Positions 60,272-64,000 of a stretch of 64,000 bases of DNA are shown here, piece by piece. The notes beneath the pieces were generated by a model that was given only the letters and a program-made list of their open reading frames with translations, was not told where the DNA came from and searched no databases. The DNA is from the human T2T-CHM13v2.0 reference genome, Homo sapiens, in NCBI RefSeq assembly GCF_009914755.1, contig NC_060936.1; one strand, written 5' to 3'. Within the stretch, counting starts at the first letter, position 1. Each line of letters opens with the position of its first letter. Both the position numbers and the translations under genes were made by a program.

Positions 60272-61772
60272 CAGTCTTAATGTCACCTTTTTTTTGTTTT
60301 TTTTTTTTTGAGATGGAGTCTCACTCTATTGCCCAGGCTGGAGTGCAGCGGCACGATATCGGCTCACTGCAACCTCTATCTCCTGAGTTCAAGCAATACT
60401 CAGCCCCCCGAGTAGCTGGGATTACAGGCAACTGACACTAATCCCGGCTAAAGTTTGTATTTTTAGTAGAGATGGGGTTTCACCATGTTGTCCAGGTTGG
60501 ACTTGAACACTCAACCTCAAGTGATCCACCCACCTCGGCCTCCCAAAGAGCTGGGCTTACAGGCATGAGCCACCATGCCTGGCCTAGTCTCAATGTCACT
60601 TAATGATAGAAATACATTCTGAGAAATGCAGCAGTAGGTGATTTTATTGTTGTGCAAACATCAAAAAGTGCACATATATAAACCGAGATGGTATAGCCAG
60701 TACACACCTAGTCTATATGGTACAGCCTATTTATTGCTCCTAGGCTACAACCTGTACAGCATGTTACTGTACTGAAAACTGTAGTCATTTGTAACACAAT
60801 GGTAGTATGTGTGTGTATCTAAACATAGAAGAGGTACAGTAAAGATATGGTGTAAAAATAACAAGTGGTACACCTGTATAGGGCACTTACCATGAATGAA
60901 ATTTGCAGGACTGGAAGTTGCTCTGGGTGAGTCAGTGAATGAGTAATGAGTCAATGTGAAGGCCTAGGACATTATATTACTATAAAATTACTAAACACTG
61001 TATATACTTAGGCTACACTCAATTTACAAAACAATACTTTCCTTTCTTTAATAATAAAATAATCTTAGCTTATTGTAACTTTTTTACTTTATAAACTTTT
61101 TAAATTTGTTAAGCTTTTTTGTAATAAAACTTAGCTTTAAACTCACATTATACAATTGTAGAAAATATTTTTTGTCTCTTTATTCTACACGCTTTTTCCA
61201 TTTTTAAAATATTTATTTATTTTTTACTTTTTAAACTTTTGTTAAATAGTAAGCACAAACACACACATTAGCCTAGGCGTACACAATGTCAGGATCACCA
61301 GTATCACTGTCTTCCAGCCTCCACATCTTATCCCACTGAAAGTCTTCAAGGACAAAAACATACATGGAGTTGTCATCTCTATGATAATAATGCCTTGATC
61401 TGGAATAACTCCTGAAGGACCTGACTTAGGCTGTTTTGCAGTTAAATTTTTTTTTAATAGGGAAAAGGAGTATACTATAATAATGATAAAAAATAGTATA
61501 GTGAATACATAAACCAGTAACATATTTATTATCATTATCAAGTATATACTGTACATAATTCTACATGTTATACTTTTATACAAGTGACAGCACAGTAGGT
61601 TTGTTTGCACTGGTGTCACCACAAACACATGAGTAATGCATTGCACTGCAACATTACAATGGCTATGATGTCACTGGTGATAGGAATTTTTCAGCTCTAT
61701 TATAATCTAGGGGATCACTGTCATATATGTGGTCTATCCTTGACCGAAACTTTGTTGTACAGCTAATGACTA
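60272..61772. mobile_element. Tigger3 (Tigger3b-like, ~1.2 kb without the Alu)
   Basis: TA|cagtc...ttctgagaaatgc...gctcctaggctacaacctgtacagcatgttactgtactgaa...ttgaccgaaac...atgacta. Confidence 0.88.
60287..60584 (-). mobile_element. AluS inserted in the Tigger3 terminal repeat
   Basis: TSD agtct(t/c)aatgtcac. Confidence 0.93.
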
Positions 61773-63311
61773 CATAGGAACAAACATTGTACTTATAGGA
61801 TTCAGTACTATCTTCAGTTTCAGACATCCACTGAAGGTCTTGGAATTTACCCTCATGAATAAGTGGGGACTACTAGACAGTAAACGCACATTTTTAACTA
61901 TACAGTATGATGCATTTTCACAAATGTATATTCCAGTATAACCACCACTCCAATCAAGGTATAGAAAATTTCTGTCACCCTAATTCTTTCATGATCCTTT
62001 TCTATCAATCCTTCACCTCTGCACAAGCAGCCATGTTTCTTATTTCTAACACCGTAAATTAATTTGCCTGTTTTTGAGCCTCATTTAAATGGAATCATGC
62101 AATGTACACGTTTTAATTTCTGGCTTTTATTACTCATCATAGGTTTTAAGAACTGACCCATAAATTTGAAATGTTCAATCATAAGTTATTTTTTTATCTC
62201 TGAGTAACATTTCACTAGATTAATATAAATATACCCAAATTTATTTGTACACTCACTTGTTGGTAGACATTTCCACCCCCGAACACTCCATCATTCAGTT
62301 TTTGATGATTATAAATAAGGTTTCTGTGAAAATTCTTATACAAATATTTCAGGAGAAATATGCTTTTATTTTGTGGAAGTAGAAACTTAGGAGTGGAATT
62401 GCTTGTTCACATGGTAAATATGTGTTTAAATTGATAAGAAATTGCCAAACTATTTTCTAAAATAGTCATTGATTTTACAGCAGCAGTTGTCCCAAATTTG
62501 GCTAATACTTGACATTAACAGTGTTTATAATTTTAGCCATTTTAATAAATTGTAATTGTAGTTTTAATTTGAATTTTCCTGATTACTAGTGATGGTGACC
62601 ATCTTACATGCTTACTGTCCATTATATAACTTATTTTGTGAAGTGTCTGTTCAAATCTTTTACCCATTTTTATTGTTTGTCATTTTATTATTGAGTTCTA
62701 CATAACAGACTATTTATAAATATAATGAATATTATAATACATATATAATATTTTTTTCTTAATCTGTGGCTTGTGTGTTTTTTTCCTTAACAATGTCTTT
62801 TGAATAGTAGAAATTTTTAATTTTGATGAAGTCCAATTTATTATTTTATATTTTGATTAATGCCTTTTTATTCTAAGAAGCGTTTTCTACCCAAATATTA
62901 TAAATACATTCTTTTATTAATTTTGAATTAACTTTTGTGTATGTATATCAGTTAGAGTTAGATATGGGTTAGGATTAGATATGACATAGTGTTCTTTATT
63001 TTCCATGTGGATATCTATTTGCACCAGATAATTTGTTGAAAACTTTCCTTCCCCTGTTGAATGTCTTTGTCATTTTGTCATCCATTGGCCATATAAGTAT
63101 TTGCATATTTCTAGACTCTCTATTCTGTACTACCAATCTATTTATGGATCCTTACAGCATACCACACAATTTTAATTGTTACAGGTTAATAGTAATTTGT
63201 GACATTAAGTAGTAGACGTCTGTTCAATTCATTCTTTCAAGACTATTTTGGCTATTTGGTGTACTTTGCATGTAATCATTTTATATATGTTAGAACCAGC
63301 CTGTTTCTACC

Positions 63312-63495
63312 AGGAGAAGAAAAAGAAAAGAAAAGAAAAGGAGAGGAGAGGAGAAGAGAGGAGAGGAGAGGCGACGAGAGGGGAAAGGAGGGGAAGGGAA
63401 GGGAGGGGAGGAGAGGTGAGAGGAGAGGAGGGGAGGAGAGGGGAGAGGAGGGAGAGGAAGGGAGAGGAGAGGGGAGGAGAGGAGAGGGAGGAAAA
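63312..63495 (+). repeat. Polypurine (GAAAA)n/(GGAGA)n tract
   Basis: ~180 bp almost pure purine. Confidence 0.95.
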
Positions 63496-63691
63496 CTTGC
63501 TAGAGAGGGAGGAAAACTTGCTAAGATTTTGATTGGGACCGATAAATTTTGGTGAAATTGACACCTTAACAGGTTGACTCATCCAATAATTTGATGTATT
63601 TCTTCATTTGTTAACTATAGTTTCTCTCAACAGTATTTTGTAGTTTTTCAGTGTAGATATCTTAAACATTTGTATTAAATATATTCCTTCT

Positions 63692-63819
63692 TTATTTTAA
63701 AAAACAGAGATGACATCTTGCTATGTTGCCCAGGCTGGTCTCAAATTCCTGGACTCAAGCAATTCTGCCCTGGCCTCCCAAAGTACTAGAATTACAGATG
63801 TGAGCCACCATGCCTGGCC
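63692..63819 (-). mobile_element. FLAM-type Alu monomer
   Basis: tcttgctatgttgcccaggctggtctcaaattcctggactcaagc...cctggcc. Confidence 0.88.
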
Positions 63820-64000
63820 TATATCCCCTTTTCATGATCTTATAAATGATAGAAGTTCTAAATTGTATTATCTAACTGTTGCTGGTTTCAAAAAATTCAG
63901 TTGATTTTTGTATGTAGACCTTGTAAACCATGTAACCTGGACAATTTTCTTAGTAATTGCATCATTTCTTTTCTTTTCTATTTGGCAGATTTTTTTTTTT

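Larger units (their letters stand above)
59568..61875. mobile_element. MER44 (Tigger7-derived) DNA transposon hosting MER2 and Tigger3
   Basis: aaaattccagaaataaataat...gttctgagtagtgtgatgaaa; resumes at ~60030 and ~61773; ends aagtggggactacta. Confidence 0.8.
61885..63965 (-). mobile_element. Old L1M (3' end/ORF2 remnant)
   Basis: aaccaccactccaatcaag, aatggaatcat, gtgaagtgtctgttcaaatctttt, aattttgatgaagtccaattta. Confidence 0.8.

Noticed and set aside
63199-63582. R/G/E-rich and S/P/L-rich ORFs
   Set aside because: Translations of the polypurine tract.

Overview
AT-rich primate genomic DNA, most likely human or great ape (AluY, L1PA2-type and MER11 elements are present). It is intergenic or deep intronic; I cannot identify the locus. 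No cellular protein-coding gene, RNA gene or CpG island is supported. Many listed ORFs are Alu, microsatellite or LTR read-throughs and the rest are short with no recognisable homology; the only recognisable protein fragment is the L1 ORF2 C-terminus at 12222-12593. The window is largely interspersed repeats: about 24 Alus, L1/L2/MIR remnants, MaLR and ERV LTRs, an 8.4 kb two-LTR ERV1 provirus and nested Tigger/MER DNA transposons. Subfamily names come from recalled consensus sequences and need RepeatMasker/Dfam confirmation. Most notable: (1) a MER11 (HERV-K11/HML-8) solo LTR flanked by a ~318 bp direct duplication of host DNA, with its U5 end clipped, suggesting aberrant one-ended integration; (2) a motif cluster at ~1030-1240 (consensus DR3 plus two STAT GAS sites) with a degenerate colinear echo 1.5 kb downstream; (3) several apparent DNA-repair scars: a 130 bp templated copy, an insert with a palindrome inside a MER31-like LTR, a collapsed THE1 provirus, a TSD-less L1 and an orphan L1 5'UTR fused to Tigger1.
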